Positions 7,652 through 17,675 of a stretch of 55,489 nt of DNA are shown one piece after another. The notes under the pieces are model-generated. The model was given only the letters and a program-made list of their open reading frames with translations. It had not been told where the DNA came from and ran no database searches. Position 1 is the first letter of the stretch. The number at the start of each line of letters is the position of its first letter. A program made the position numbers and the translations under genes. This DNA comes from Candidatus Deferrimicrobiaceae bacterium (GTDB taxonomy: Bacteria; Desulfobacterota; Deferrimicrobia; Deferrimicrobiales; Deferrimicrobiaceae): the NCBI GenBank assembly GCA_041633075.1, contig JBFKGZ010000003.1:1-55489 (forward strand). Reading direction: 5' to 3'.

Positions 7652-8844
7652 CGGTTTTTCCGCCGCTGGTCCGATTCGCGCTCTGCGTGGCGATGATCGC
7701 CGCCTTCCTGCTGCCGCCGGGGGTTTCCCTCGCGGACAGCACACAGGACAGGCTGCGACAGGAAAAGGCACGACTCACCGAGATGCGGAAGAAGGCGGAG
7801 GCAGCGGCGTCCGAACTCGACGAGGCTCTTCGCCGGGAGCGGACGGCGCGCAACAAGGTGGCCGACATCCGGAAACGGCTCGCGGTCCAGCGACGCCGAA
7901 TCGCGCGGATCGACAAGAGGCTTTCCGCGCTCGCCCGGGATATGGACAAGGCGGAGTCCGAGGTGCGCGCCCTCGAGCATGCGCGGGCGGGGAAGCAGCG
8001 CGAGCTGGAGCAGGCGGCGGTCCAGGCGTTCCGGAAGGATAGGGAGGCGGCGAGGCTCCCCCTCGTGGAGGTGCGTGGAGAGAGGCTGCGCTACCTCATG
8101 ACCCGGGTGCTCGCTTCGGAAATGCAGAAGATGGGCCGCCTTTCGGTCGAAAAGGAGAAAAAGGAGGACGCGCTATCCGGGATCGAGCGCCAGGTTCACC
8201 TGTCGAAAAAGAAGATCTCCCGGGAAAAGAAGGTGGGGAATTTGCTCCTGACCCAGCGGGAGAAGGAGGCGAAGCGGCTCCAGGGGATCGAGAGCCAGAA
8301 GAAACGGAAGGAGAAGGAGCTCAAGGCCCTCCGGGCGCGCGTGGCAAGGATGGAAGCGCTCGTCTCCCGGATCGAGCGCGAGGTGCGGGAAGCGGAGCGG
8401 CGGCGGCCGCGGAAGGGAAGGAAACCGGGCCCCTCGAAATTTTCGTCCATTCCGGGTGGTCTGGTCGCGCCCGTGCGGGGCAGGGTCGTGGGGCCGTTCG
8501 GAAAGTACCGGGACCCCGTGTTCGACGTCGAGATGGAGAACCACGGGGTGGAGATCGAGGCCACTTCGAGGTCCCCGATCCGGTCGATCGGAAAAGGGAA
8601 CGTGGTGTTTTCGGGCACGGTGTCCGGGTTCGGCAACGTGCTCATCATCCAGCACGGAACCGGCCTCTTTTCCGTGTACGGAAAGGCGGAATCGTTCACC
8701 GTCGCCCAGGGGCAGGTCGTCGCGCCGGGGCAGAACATCGGCCGTCTTCCCGCAAGCCCCGACGGGAAATCGGTGCTATACTTGGAACTTAGGGCCGCGG
8801 GAACCGCCATCGACCCCATGGCGGTGATCCCCCTTGCACGCTAA
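7648..8844 (+). CDS. envC: EnvC-like murein hydrolase activator (coiled coil plus degenerate M23)
   Basis: Signal peptide, long coiled coil, and a C-terminal LytM fold lacking HxxxD/HxH (HGVEI, LYLELR). ATGA overlap with ftsX. Confidence 0.85.
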   Translation: MTVFPPLVRFALCVAMIAAFLLPPGVSLADSTQDRLRQEKARLTEMRKKAEAAASELDEALRRERTARNKVADIRKRLAVQRRRIARIDKRLSALARDMDKAESEVRALEHARAGKQRELEQAAVQAFRKDREAARLPLVEVRGERLRYLMTRVLASEMQKMGRLSVEKEKKEDALSGIERQVHLSKKKISREKKVGNLLLTQREKEAKRLQGIESQKKRKEKELKALRARVARMEALVSRIEREVREAERRRPRKGRKPGPSKFSSIPGGLVAPVRGRVVGPFGKYRDPVFDVEMENHGVEIEATSRSPIRSIGKGNVVFSGTVSGFGNVLIIQHGTGLFSVYGKAESFTVAQGQVVAPGQNIGRLPASPDGKSVLYLELRAAGTAIDPMAVIPLAR

Positions 8845-8896
8845 AGGAACGCAGCCGCCGGCATGGTGCGATTTTAAGGATCGAAGGAGGAGTTGA

Positions 8897-10297
8897 ATGA
8901 AGGACAAGAAGTGGTGGGGGCCTGCGGTCGTCATCTTCGTGTTTCTCGTGGGGTTCCTCTCGGGGGATCTCCTGTCGGACCGCCCTACGGCCCAGGCCAA
9001 CGTCGTATATCAAAAACTCAAGATATTCGGAGATGTTCTCTCCGCCGTCCAGACCAGCTACGTGGAAGAGCCCGACATGGACCAGCTCGTGGAGGGGGCC
9101 ATCAAGGGGATGCTTCAGAACCTGGACCCGCACAGTTCCTATCTGACCCCGGAAATGCTGAAGCAGGTGGAGGTCGAGACGAAAGGAGTGTTCGGGGGCC
9201 TGGGAATCGAGATCGGGATCAAGGACGGCATCCTTACCATCATTGCTCCCATCGAGGACACGCCGGCGGACCGCGCGGGGTTGCTGGCGGGAGACAAGAT
9301 CGTGAAAATCGAGGACGACTCCACCAAGGACCTGACCGTGATGGACGCGGTCAAGCGTCTGCGGGGCAAGCCGGGGACGAAAGTGAAGATCTGGGTGGCG
9401 CGGGAAGGGGTCGGGGAGTTACTGCCGTACACCATCACGCGCGACATCATCAAGATCAAGAGCGTGAAGACGAAAGACCTCGGCGGTGGGTTCGGGTACA
9501 TCAAGCTCCTTCAGTTCCAGCAGGATTCGAGTGCGGAGCTGGAAAATGCGATCCAGGCGCGGATGAAGGAGAAGGAGGGCTTGCGCGGCCTCGTGCTCGA
9601 CCTGCGCAACAATCCGGGGGGGTTGCTGGACCAGGCGGTGAAGGTTGCGGACAAGTTCATCGATTCGGGGCTCATCGTCTATACCGACGGGCGCCTCGAG
9701 GCTCAGAAATACAAGTATTCCGCCCACAAGGAGGGGACGCACGGCGAATTTCCGATGGTCATCCTGGTGAACGCCGGATCCGCCTCCGCGTCGGAGATCG
9801 TCGCGGGCGCTCTTCAGGATCACGGCCGTGCGATTCTTTTGGGGACGCAGACGTTCGGCAAGGGGTCGGTCCAGACGATTCTTCCCCTGGAGGACGGCTC
9901 TGCGCTCCGCCTTACCACGGCGAGATACTATACGCCCAACGGACGGTCCATCCAGGCAAAGGGAATCGAGCCGGACATCGTCGTGCGCGACGGCCGGGAG
10001 GCCCGCGTGGGACACCCGGATGCGATCCGGGAAAAGGATATCCGGCGACACCTCAAGGGAGAGGAGGAGGAAGAGGAGGAGAAGGTCCCGGGGGCGGCCC
10101 CCTCCCCTCCCGCGGAAGAGGGAAGGAAGAACAGGGAGGAACAGGGGAAAGGGAAGGACGGGAAGAAAACCGCAGCCCCGGTGCTGGAAGGGAAGCCGGG
10201 CAAGGAAAAGGATATCCAACTTGAGCGGGCCGTGGACCTGTTGAAGGGGTGGGAGATCTTCAAGTCCCGCTATCTGGGCAAGGCAAAAGCGTCCTGA
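8897..10297 (+). CDS. ctpA: C-terminal processing protease, S41 family
   Basis: LDPHS, FGGLGIE PDZ domain, DLRNNPGG, SASASEIVAGALQD, TFGKGSVQ. Confidence 0.95.
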   Translation: MKDKKWWGPAVVIFVFLVGFLSGDLLSDRPTAQANVVYQKLKIFGDVLSAVQTSYVEEPDMDQLVEGAIKGMLQNLDPHSSYLTPEMLKQVEVETKGVFGGLGIEIGIKDGILTIIAPIEDTPADRAGLLAGDKIVKIEDDSTKDLTVMDAVKRLRGKPGTKVKIWVAREGVGELLPYTITRDIIKIKSVKTKDLGGGFGYIKLLQFQQDSSAELENAIQARMKEKEGLRGLVLDLRNNPGGLLDQAVKVADKFIDSGLIVYTDGRLEAQKYKYSAHKEGTHGEFPMVILVNAGSASASEIVAGALQDHGRAILLGTQTFGKGSVQTILPLEDGSALRLTTARYYTPNGRSIQAKGIEPDIVVRDGREARVGHPDAIREKDIRRHLKGEEEEEEEKVPGAAPSPPAEEGRKNREEQGKGKDGKKTAAPVLEGKPGKEKDIQLERAVDLLKGWEIFKSRYLGKAKAS

Positions 10298-10322
10298 TGT
10301 GGCTCGCTTCCCGTAAGAAAGG

Positions 10323-11243
10323 ATGAGGCGTCGGACGAAGGGAAGAGGCGGCAGAAGGGACCCCGGAAGGCTTCGGCGGTGGGGACCTCTGATGCTTGGC
10401 GCATTTCTCGCGGGGCTTGTCACCATCGGCGTGGCGGTCCTCATGCCCGGAGGGGAAAGCAGGGACCCGGCGGGATCCCCCTCGCAAGGTGAGCCCGAGG
10501 TGACGGCCGCGATCCCCCCGGGGACCACGCAGCCGTCCGCGAAAGCCTTGCCGGCGGGGGTTCCGGCTCCCCGCCTCGCCATCGTCGTGGACGATAACGG
10601 ATACGACACCAAGCGGGACGCCGAGTGGCTCAAATTCCCCGAAAAGATCACATTGGCGGTCATCCCCTTTGGACCCTCCTCCCGCCGGCTCGCCAAGGCC
10701 GCTCATGAGCGGGGCTTCGGAGTCCTGATCTCCATCCCGATGGAGCCGGTAAGCCCCGTCTCCGACCGGACCGACGGGTTCCGCCTCCGCAGGGGGATGG
10801 GCCGGGAGGAGATGGACGCCCTGCTCGACCGGATGGTCGAGGAGAACTCCTGGGCAACCGGCGTAAGCAACCACATGGGGTCCGCGTTTACCGCCGACCC
10901 GGAATCGATGGGGGTGTTTGCCGCTCTTCTCAAGTCCCGGGGACTCTTTTTCCTCGACAGCATGACCACCACCCGTTCGGTCGCCGTCCAGGCTGCGCGT
11001 AAGGCCGGAATCCCGGTTGCCCGGCGCGACATCTTTTTCGATACCGACAAGCAGCCGGAGGAGATGCGCATCCAGTGGAAGCGGGCGTTGTCGATCGCGA
11101 AGAAGGAGGGGAAAGCGGTTCTCGTCTGCCACGGAAGGCAGGAGTCCCTCCGGGCGATCCTCGACCTCGTTCCGGATCTCGAGGCCGAAGGAGTGCGGGC
11201 CGTGACGCTGGACGAGCTGTTCGCAGGGGAGCAATCGGGGTGA
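10323..11243 (+). CDS. Divergent polysaccharide deacetylase family protein (YibQ-like)
   Basis: AIVVDD.G, PMEP, NHMGS..T, FLDS.T, RDIFFD. Usual position after envC/ctpA. Start codon uncertain. Confidence 0.85.
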   Translation: MRRRTKGRGGRRDPGRLRRWGPLMLGAFLAGLVTIGVAVLMPGGESRDPAGSPSQGEPEVTAAIPPGTTQPSAKALPAGVPAPRLAIVVDDNGYDTKRDAEWLKFPEKITLAVIPFGPSSRRLAKAAHERGFGVLISIPMEPVSPVSDRTDGFRLRRGMGREEMDALLDRMVEENSWATGVSNHMGSAFTADPESMGVFAALLKSRGLFFLDSMTTTRSVAVQAARKAGIPVARRDIFFDTDKQPEEMRIQWKRALSIAKKEGKAVLVCHGRQESLRAILDLVPDLEAEGVRAVTLDELFAGEQSG

Positions 11244-12628
11244 GCAGGGATTCGCACGGCCCCCTCTTCCCGCCTGTCGCGCCCTCCGGAGGGGAGGAGT
11301 CATCGCGGGGGGTGTTGAGCGTTTCCGAGCTGACCGCGCGCATCAAGGGTTGCCTCGAGGGGTCCTTCCGGTTCGTCCGCGTGGAAGGGGAGGTGTCGAA
11401 CTACCGGTTGTACCCTTCCGGCCACCGGTACTTCTCCCTGAAGGACGAGGGTGCCCAGATCCGCGTCGTCTGCTTCCGTGGACGGGAACGGTTCGTATTC
11501 GGAGAGATCGCGGACGGACAGTTCGCGGTCGTAACGGGATCCATAGGCGTCTACGAGAGGAAGGGGGAGTATCAACTGTACGCCCAGTCCGTCGAGGTGC
11601 GCGGACTCGGTTCCCTTCTGCTCGAGCTGGAGAGAAGGAAGGAGCGGCTCGCCGCCGAGGGGCTGTTCGATCCCGCGAGGAAGAGGCCTCTCCCCCGGTA
11701 CCCGCTGCGCATCGGCATCGTGACCTCGAGACAGGGCGCCGCGCTGCGTGACATGATTCGCGCCGCCCGGCGAAGATGGCCACCGATCGGGATCACGCTC
11801 GCCCCGGCGCTGGTGCAGGGAGAGGGCGCTGCCGGGGACATTGCGCAGGCGATGGGCACACTTGCCTCGCGCGGCGGGGTCGACCTGATCATCGTGGGAA
11901 GAGGGGGCGGATCGGTGGAGGATCTCTGGGCGTTCAACGAGGAGGCGGTCGTGAGGGCGATCGCGGCCTCGCCCGTCCCGACGATCAGCGCCGTAGGGCA
12001 CGAAACCGACTTTACGCTCGCGGATCTGGCGGCGGACCACCGGGCGTCGACGCCCACGGCCGCCGCGCAGATGGCGGTCCCCGACAGGGACGAGGTCTGG
12101 GAGCGCGTGGCGGCCCTGATTCTCCGCGGACGGAAAGCGGAGCAGTACGGGAGGGAGACCCTTCGCCGCGAATGGCGGATCGCCGCGGGGGCCCTGTCCG
12201 ATCCGCGCCCCGTGCTTCAGGCGCGACGGTTCGCGGTCGTGGAACGGACCGAAGCGCTGTCCGAGGCGATGCGGGGCCGGACGAGGGAAGGCAGAGACAG
12301 GGTGGCAGTCCTGTCCGAATCCGTTCGCGCCCGATCCCCCGCTGCGTGGGTTTCCCGGAAGCGGGGGGATCTCGCGGTCCTTTCGGAGCGGGCGGCACGG
12401 CAGGCGGATGCCAGGCGGGCGGGATTCCGGCGGGCGTTCGAGGTTCTTCAGGGCAAGCTTGCCGCCCTCGATCCTGCCTCGGTCCTTACCCGGGGATACG
12501 CCATCGCGGCGCATCGGGAAACGGGGCACGCGGTGCGGTCCGCCTCCGAAGTCGCCGCGGGAGACGCGCTGGATGTCCGGGTGGCCGACGGGACGTTCGG
12601 CGCAGTGGTGGAAGGACGGAAGAAATGA
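11240..12628 (+). CDS. xseA: Exodeoxyribonuclease VII large subunit
   Basis: LSVSELT, GEVSN..SGHRYFSLKD, RGGGSVEDLWAFN, AVGHETDFT, TPTAAA. GTG start overlaps the upstream stop (GTGA). Confidence 0.95.
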   Translation: MSRDSHGPLFPPVAPSGGEESSRGVLSVSELTARIKGCLEGSFRFVRVEGEVSNYRLYPSGHRYFSLKDEGAQIRVVCFRGRERFVFGEIADGQFAVVTGSIGVYERKGEYQLYAQSVEVRGLGSLLLELERRKERLAAEGLFDPARKRPLPRYPLRIGIVTSRQGAALRDMIRAARRRWPPIGITLAPALVQGEGAAGDIAQAMGTLASRGGVDLIIVGRGGGSVEDLWAFNEEAVVRAIAASPVPTISAVGHETDFTLADLAADHRASTPTAAAQMAVPDRDEVWERVAALILRGRKAEQYGRETLRREWRIAAGALSDPRPVLQARRFAVVERTEALSEAMRGRTREGRDRVAVLSESVRARSPAAWVSRKRGDLAVLSERAARQADARRAGFRRAFEVLQGKLAALDPASVLTRGYAIAAHRETGHAVRSASEVAAGDALDVRVADGTFGAVVEGRKK

Positions 12629-13512
12629 AAGCGCCGCATTTCCTTCTTCCTCTTTTTCTCCTGCTCTCTCTTCCCGCCTCCGGAAGCGAGAAACCGACCG
12701 ATGCCGCATCGGGAAGATCCTTCCCGGTCCGACTCTCCAGCTGGCGGCCCGCCCAGGGGGACCCCTTGCTTGTGGAGGTGTCGCCCCTGCCCCGGGCGGA
12801 CAACGTCGTCATGATCTGGAAGGGGCGGGAGATTCCGATGAAGGAGGACGGGCCGGGGCGTTTCCTGGGACTGATCGGGGTCGATCTCCAGGAGCCGCCA
12901 GGAAAGGTCGCCCTTTCGTTCCGGGCGATGGAGGCCGGCAAGCCCTTGCGGTTCGACACGCAGGTCGGAATCCGGGAGAAAGCCTTTCCCGTTCAGGAGC
13001 TCACCCTGCCGAAAGAGATGACCCGGTTCGACGCCGCGACCCTGAAGCGGATCAACCGGGAGGCGCAGCGGCTGACGGAGAGGTTCTCCCGGTTCTCCAC
13101 GCCCCCGGCCTGGAGTTTCCCGTTTCTCCCGCCGGTGGCGGAGTTCCGGGCGAAGGGATTCGGTGCGCGCCGGGTCATCAATGGCGAACCCCGCAGTCCG
13201 CATGCCGGAGTGGATGTGAACCTCCCGGCGGGGACGCCCGTCGTGGCGATTGCGGATGGAACCGTGGCGTTCGCGGGGAATCAGTTCTTCGGCGGGAACT
13301 CGTTGGTGCTGGACCACGGAGGAGATGTGTACAGCGTCTATTACCATTTGCGGGAATACGTCGTGTCCGAAGGGCAGAAGGTCGCGCGCGGGGAACGGAT
13401 CGGGGCGGTGGGCGCGAGCGGCCGGGCGACGGGACCCCACCTCCACTTCAGCGTCCGTGCCGCGGGAGGACGGATCGATCCCACGCTGTTGATGGAACTT
13501 CCTTCGCGTTGA
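12625..13512 (+). CDS. M23 family metallopeptidase (exported)
   Basis: Signal peptide, intact HAGVD and GPHLHF zinc motifs. ATGA overlap with xseA. Confidence 0.9.
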   Translation: MKAPHFLLPLFLLLSLPASGSEKPTDAASGRSFPVRLSSWRPAQGDPLLVEVSPLPRADNVVMIWKGREIPMKEDGPGRFLGLIGVDLQEPPGKVALSFRAMEAGKPLRFDTQVGIREKAFPVQELTLPKEMTRFDAATLKRINREAQRLTERFSRFSTPPAWSFPFLPPVAEFRAKGFGARRVINGEPRSPHAGVDVNLPAGTPVVAIADGTVAFAGNQFFGGNSLVLDHGGDVYSVYYHLREYVVSEGQKVARGERIGAVGASGRATGPHLHFSVRAAGGRIDPTLLMELPSR

Positions 13513-13538
13513 CCGCCTCCCGGAGCAGGAAATATAAT
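13509..13538 (+). promoter_or_regulatory. Sigma70-type promoter of xseB-ispA-dxs-tlyA
   Basis: TTGACC-N18-TATAAT upstream of a GGAGG RBS. Confidence 0.6.
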
Positions 13539-13561
13539 GAAACATTGTCTTGGAGGGGGCC

Positions 13562-13816
13562 ATGACGGCGAAAGGGAAGGAACCCACATTCGAGGAAGCA
13601 TTGAAGAGCCTGGAAAGCGTAGTCGCGAAGCTCGAGTCGGGGGAGACGAAGCTCGAGGAATCGATCCGTCTCTTCGAGGAGGGGATGCAGCTGTCCGCCC
13701 TCTGCCAGAAGCGGCTGGACGACGCCGACAGGAAGATCGAGGTTCTCCTGCGGAAACCGGACGGCGTCGTCGCCGCGACGGAAGACGAGTCCGACGTTCT
13801 CCGGGACGAGGAGTGA
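13562..13816 (+). CDS. xseB: Exodeoxyribonuclease VII small subunit
   Basis: TFEEALKSLE.VV.KLESG..LEESI..FEEG..L...C...L..A..KI. Confidence 0.95.
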   Translation: MTAKGKEPTFEEALKSLESVVAKLESGETKLEESIRLFEEGMQLSALCQKRLDDADRKIEVLLRKPDGVVAATEDESDVLRDEE

Positions 13817-13817
13817 C

Positions 13818-14738
13818 ATGCCGGCGGTCGGGGGTGCTTCGGGAACGGGCGAGTTCGCCCGGTTTCGGGCCCTCGTCGAGGAGAGCCTGCTCCGGTTCCT
13901 CTCCGAGGATGTGTGCCCCATTCCGCCCCCCCTGCGGGACGCCATGGAATACGCGCTGACCTCGAAGGGAAAGAGGATCCGGCCGGTGATGCTCCTTTCG
14001 GCGGGGGCCGCCGTGGGGGGAAAGGAGATGGATCTGCTCCCGTTTGCGTGCGCTGTGGAGTACGTCCACACCTACTCGCTGATCCACGACGACCTGCCGG
14101 CGATGGACAACGACGATTTCCGCCGGGGCCGTCCGACCTGCCACAAGGTCTTCGGCGAAGCAGCGGCCATTCTGGCGGGGGACGCCCTCCTTACCGAGGC
14201 CTTCCGGGTCATGGGGGAATCGCCGCTGGCCAGGAAAGACGCGGCGCGGGCGATACGGGCATCCGCACTCCTGGCCCGCGCCGCGGGCGCCTCGGGAATG
14301 GCGGGCGGCCAGATGATGGACCTTTCCCCTCCGGCGGGGAAGGGACCCGAAACGGCCAGGGCGTCCGAAATCGAGGAGATCGAACTGAAAAAGACGGCAG
14401 CCCTTCTTTCCGCCTCGGCAGCGATGGGAGGCATCCTGGGCGGGGGAAGCGGGAAGCAGGTGGATAGCCTGTCCCACTACGGGAGGGCGCTGGGTCTTCT
14501 GTTCCAGATCACGGACGACATCCTGGACGAGACGGGAAGCTTCGAGGAGATGGGGAAAGCGGTGGCCAAGGACAGGGCGCAGGGGAAGCGGACCTACCCG
14601 GCTGTCCAGGGATTGGCGGCGGCCACCGAACGGGCGGAATCCCTCCGCCGGGAAGCGCTCCGGGCTCTATCGCCGTTCGGCGACGAGGCGGGAACCCTGC
14701 GGGATATCGTCCGGATCGTGGCCACGAGGAGATCGTGA
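13818..14738 (+). CDS. ispA: Farnesyl-diphosphate synthase / geranyltranstransferase
   Basis: GKRIRP, HTYSLIHDDLPAMDNDDFRRG, GQMMD, KKT, FQITDDILD. Confidence 0.95.
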   Translation: MPAVGGASGTGEFARFRALVEESLLRFLSEDVCPIPPPLRDAMEYALTSKGKRIRPVMLLSAGAAVGGKEMDLLPFACAVEYVHTYSLIHDDLPAMDNDDFRRGRPTCHKVFGEAAAILAGDALLTEAFRVMGESPLARKDAARAIRASALLARAAGASGMAGGQMMDLSPPAGKGPETARASEIEEIELKKTAALLSASAAMGGILGGGSGKQVDSLSHYGRALGLLFQITDDILDETGSFEEMGKAVAKDRAQGKRTYPAVQGLAAATERAESLRREALRALSPFGDEAGTLRDIVRIVATRRS

Positions 14739-14742
14739 GGTG

Positions 14743-16677
14743 ATGATGCAAGAACTTATTTCGGCAATCGAGTCCCCGCAGGACCTGAAGAAGGTCCCGA
14801 AGGACAGACTGCCTGATGTCGCCAGGGAGATTCGCGAGACGATCGTCAATAGCGTCGCCCGGACCGGAGGGCATCTCGCATCGAGCCTGGGTGTCGTCGA
14901 GCTCACGATCGCGCTCCATTATGTCTTTTCCTGCCCCGACGACCGGGTAGTCTGGGACGTCGGCCATCAGGCGTACGCCCACAAGATTCTCACGGGGAGG
15001 AGGGATCTTTTTCCCACGCTTCGCACATACGGCGGGCTGTCCGGATTCCCGCGCATCGCGGAGAGTCCGTGCGACGTTTTCGGGACGGGGCACTCCGGCA
15101 CCTCCATCTCCGCCGCGCTCGGCCTGGCGGTGGCGAGGGATTTGAAGAAGGAGGATCACAAGGTAATCGCGGTGATCGGAGACGGGTCGCTCTCTTCCGG
15201 CCTCTCGTTCGAGGGATTGAACCAGGCGGGGCACCAGAAACGGGATCTCATCGTGATCCTGAACGACAACGAGTGGTCCATCTCCCAGAACGTCGGGGCG
15301 CTTTCGGGCTACCTCAACCGGTTGATGACGGGAAAGTTCTATACCTCCTTCCGAAGACGCGTCGAGGCCCTGCTCAAATCGATGCCCCACGGGAAGCTGC
15401 TCGCGAAGATAGGGAAGCGGGCCGAGGAGCTCACGAAGGGGTTCATCGTCCCGGGTCTGCTGTTCGAGGAGCTGGGATTCACCTACGTAGGCCCCATCTC
15501 CGGCCACAACATCGACGATCTCGTGGGGACCTTCCAGAACCTGGAGAACCTAGAGGGACCGGTCCTCGTCCACGTGGTGACCTCGAAGGGGAAAGGGTAT
15601 CCGCCGGCCGAAAAAAACCCCGAACGGTTCCACGGCGTGGGGAGGTTCGACCCCGTGACGGGGAACGGCGCGGTCACGGAGACGCTTCCCTCGTACACGG
15701 ATGTCTTCGAATCCGCCATCCTGGGAATCGGCAGGGAGAATCCCGACGTGGTGGCGATCACCGCGGCCATGTGCGGCGGAACGGGCCTGGTCAAGTTCCG
15801 CGAGGCCTTCCCGGACAGGTTTTTCGACGTCGGCATCGCCGAGTCGCACGCGGTCACCTTCGCCGCGGGCCTTGCCCGGGAGGGGAAGATCCCCGTGGTG
15901 GCGGTCTACTCCACGTTCCTCCAGCGTGCGTACGACCAAATTGTCCACGACGTATGCCTGCAGAACCTTCCCGTCGTATTCTCCGTCGACCGCAGCGGGA
16001 TCGTCGGCGCGGACGGAGCGACGCATCAGGGCCTGTTCGACATTGCGTACCTGCGCCACATTCCGAACATGTCCCTGATGGCGCCGAGGGATGAGGCGGA
16101 ACTGGTCCGGATGCTCCGGACCGCCGTTCGTGCCGGAAGACCGGCCGCCATCCGCTACCCGCGGGGAACCGCCATGGGGGTCGCCATTTCCGCGGACCCG
16201 GAGCCCGTTCCCTGGGGCAAGGGGGAGCTGCTCGCCGTCGGAAAGGATATTCTCATCGTCGCCCTCGGGGCTACGGTGGCGACGTCGCTCTACGCCGCCG
16301 AAGAACTCCGGAAGCGGGGGATCTCGGCTGCCGTGGTGGACGCCCGTTTCGTCAAGCCGATGGACGCCGGGCTCATCGTCCCTCTTGTCCAGCGCATCGG
16401 CCGGGTGCTGACGGTCGAGGAGAACGTGCTCGCGGGGGGATTCGGGAGCGCCGTCCTCGAAATGCTCGAGGAGCACGACGTGCACCCCCAGGCGTTCCGA
16501 CGAATCGGGGTGCGGGACGGCTTCGTGGAGCACGGGTCGCAAGCCGAACTGCGCGAGGCGTACGGCCTGACCGGCGACGCGGTGATCGCGGAGGCGGCCC
16601 GTCTCTGTTCCCAGAGCCGACACCTTTTCCCCATGCTGTTCAACGGCATCCGGTCCCGGCTCGAAAAGATTGTCTGA
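14743..16677 (+). CDS. dxs: 1-deoxy-D-xylulose-5-phosphate synthase
   Basis: GGHLASSLG, WDVGHQAYAHK, GDGSLSSG..LNDN, DVGIAESHA, DGATHQG. Confidence 0.97.
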   Translation: MMQELISAIESPQDLKKVPKDRLPDVAREIRETIVNSVARTGGHLASSLGVVELTIALHYVFSCPDDRVVWDVGHQAYAHKILTGRRDLFPTLRTYGGLSGFPRIAESPCDVFGTGHSGTSISAALGLAVARDLKKEDHKVIAVIGDGSLSSGLSFEGLNQAGHQKRDLIVILNDNEWSISQNVGALSGYLNRLMTGKFYTSFRRRVEALLKSMPHGKLLAKIGKRAEELTKGFIVPGLLFEELGFTYVGPISGHNIDDLVGTFQNLENLEGPVLVHVVTSKGKGYPPAEKNPERFHGVGRFDPVTGNGAVTETLPSYTDVFESAILGIGRENPDVVAITAAMCGGTGLVKFREAFPDRFFDVGIAESHAVTFAAGLAREGKIPVVAVYSTFLQRAYDQIVHDVCLQNLPVVFSVDRSGIVGADGATHQGLFDIAYLRHIPNMSLMAPRDEAELVRMLRTAVRAGRPAAIRYPRGTAMGVAISADPEPVPWGKGELLAVGKDILIVALGATVATSLYAAEELRKRGISAAVVDARFVKPMDAGLIVPLVQRIGRVLTVEENVLAGGFGSAVLEMLEEHDVHPQAFRRIGVRDGFVEHGSQAELREAYGLTGDAVIAEAARLCSQSRHLFPMLFNGIRSRLEKIV

Positions 16678-17461
16678 TCCCGCGTCCCGGAGCAGCCGCA
16701 CCCCCCCGGGCGGAAAAAGGGGGCGGAGCCGCCTGGACGAGGAGATGGTGGCCAGGGGGCTTGCGAAGACCCGGGCGAAAGCGCAGGGCCTGATCCTTGC
16801 CGGCCGCGTTCTCCTCGCGGGCAAGCTCGTCACGAAATGCGGAAGCCCGGCGAGTTCCGACCAGGAGATTGCGGTCTCCCCGTTGCCTCGGACATTCGTC
16901 TCGCGGGGAGGAGAGAAGCTCGCCGGGGCCCTTACGGATCTGGGAGTGTCCGTCTCGGGGGCCGTGGCGATCGACGTGGGGGCTTCCACCGGGGGCTTCA
17001 CGGACTGTCTTCTGCAGCGGGGCGCATCGCAAGTCTATGCGGTCGACGTGGGGGAGTCCCTTCTGGACGACTCTCTCCGCCGCGACCCGAGAGTCATCGT
17101 GAGGGAGAGGGTCAATTTCCGGTACGCGACCCCCGACCTTCTCCCGCGGAAGGTATCCCTGGCCACGGTGGACGTCTCCTTCATCTCGCTCCGGCATATC
17201 CTGCCTCCCCTGCGCGCCTTCCTGCTTCCCGGCGCCTGCGTCCTTGCTCTGGTCAAACCCCAGTTCGAGGTGGGCAAAGGGTCGGTAGGCAAGGGCGGGG
17301 TGGTGCGCAATGAGGAGGAGAGGAGGCGGGCGGTGTGCGACGTCGGCAAGTTCGCCCGGGCCGCCGGGTTTTCCGTTGTGGGGGAGGCGGAAAGCCGGGC
17401 GAAGGGCCCCAAGGGGAACCGCGAGGTATTTCTCCTGCTCAAGTGGCCCGGCGTACCGTAA
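16670..17461 (+). CDS. tlyA: TlyA family rRNA methyltransferase
   Basis: RLD S4 domain, VSRGGEKL, DVGASTGGFTD, DVSFISL, LVKPQFE, GPKGNRE. Confidence 0.94.
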   Translation: MSDPASRSSRTPPGGKRGRSRLDEEMVARGLAKTRAKAQGLILAGRVLLAGKLVTKCGSPASSDQEIAVSPLPRTFVSRGGEKLAGALTDLGVSVSGAVAIDVGASTGGFTDCLLQRGASQVYAVDVGESLLDDSLRRDPRVIVRERVNFRYATPDLLPRKVSLATVDVSFISLRHILPPLRAFLLPGACVLALVKPQFEVGKGSVGKGGVVRNEEERRRAVCDVGKFARAAGFSVVGEAESRAKGPKGNREVFLLLKWPGVP

Positions 17462-17568
17462 CCTTCCCCTCCTTCAGGCAACCTGGATGCCCGCGCCCAC
17501 CCGCCATCTTTGCCTCGCAGCGCGAATCGTTTTTCCTCCCCCCGGAAGAGTCCGTGGGAAGAATCCGC

Positions 17569-17640
17569 TTGACTCTCATGAAAATGGCATGTAATTTTTG
17601 TCATAAGGAGTGTTATTTAGCATAATTGATGTATAATTTT
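17569..17640 (+). promoter_or_regulatory. AT-rich promoter region of tsaP-dprA-topA
   Basis: Strongly AT-rich island containing TTGACT, a TATAAT at 17632-17637, and the motif ATTTAGCATAATT at 17615-17627. Confidence 0.55.
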
Positions 17641-17675
17641 GTGTCCCCCCGGCGGGATGCGAGGCGAGGTGAAGA

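Noticed and set aside
8450-8844. Loss of zinc ligands in the M23 domain of the coiled-coil protein
   Set aside because: This is expected for EnvC-family activators and is not novel.
10058-10215. Purine-rich GAG/GAA repeats in the ctpA 3' region
   Set aside because: They encode a low-complexity Glu/Lys linker and are not a repeat array or CRISPR.
17585-17600. TGGCATG as a sigma54 -24 box upstream of tsaP
   Set aside because: There is no GC at the -12 position with GG-N10-GC spacing.
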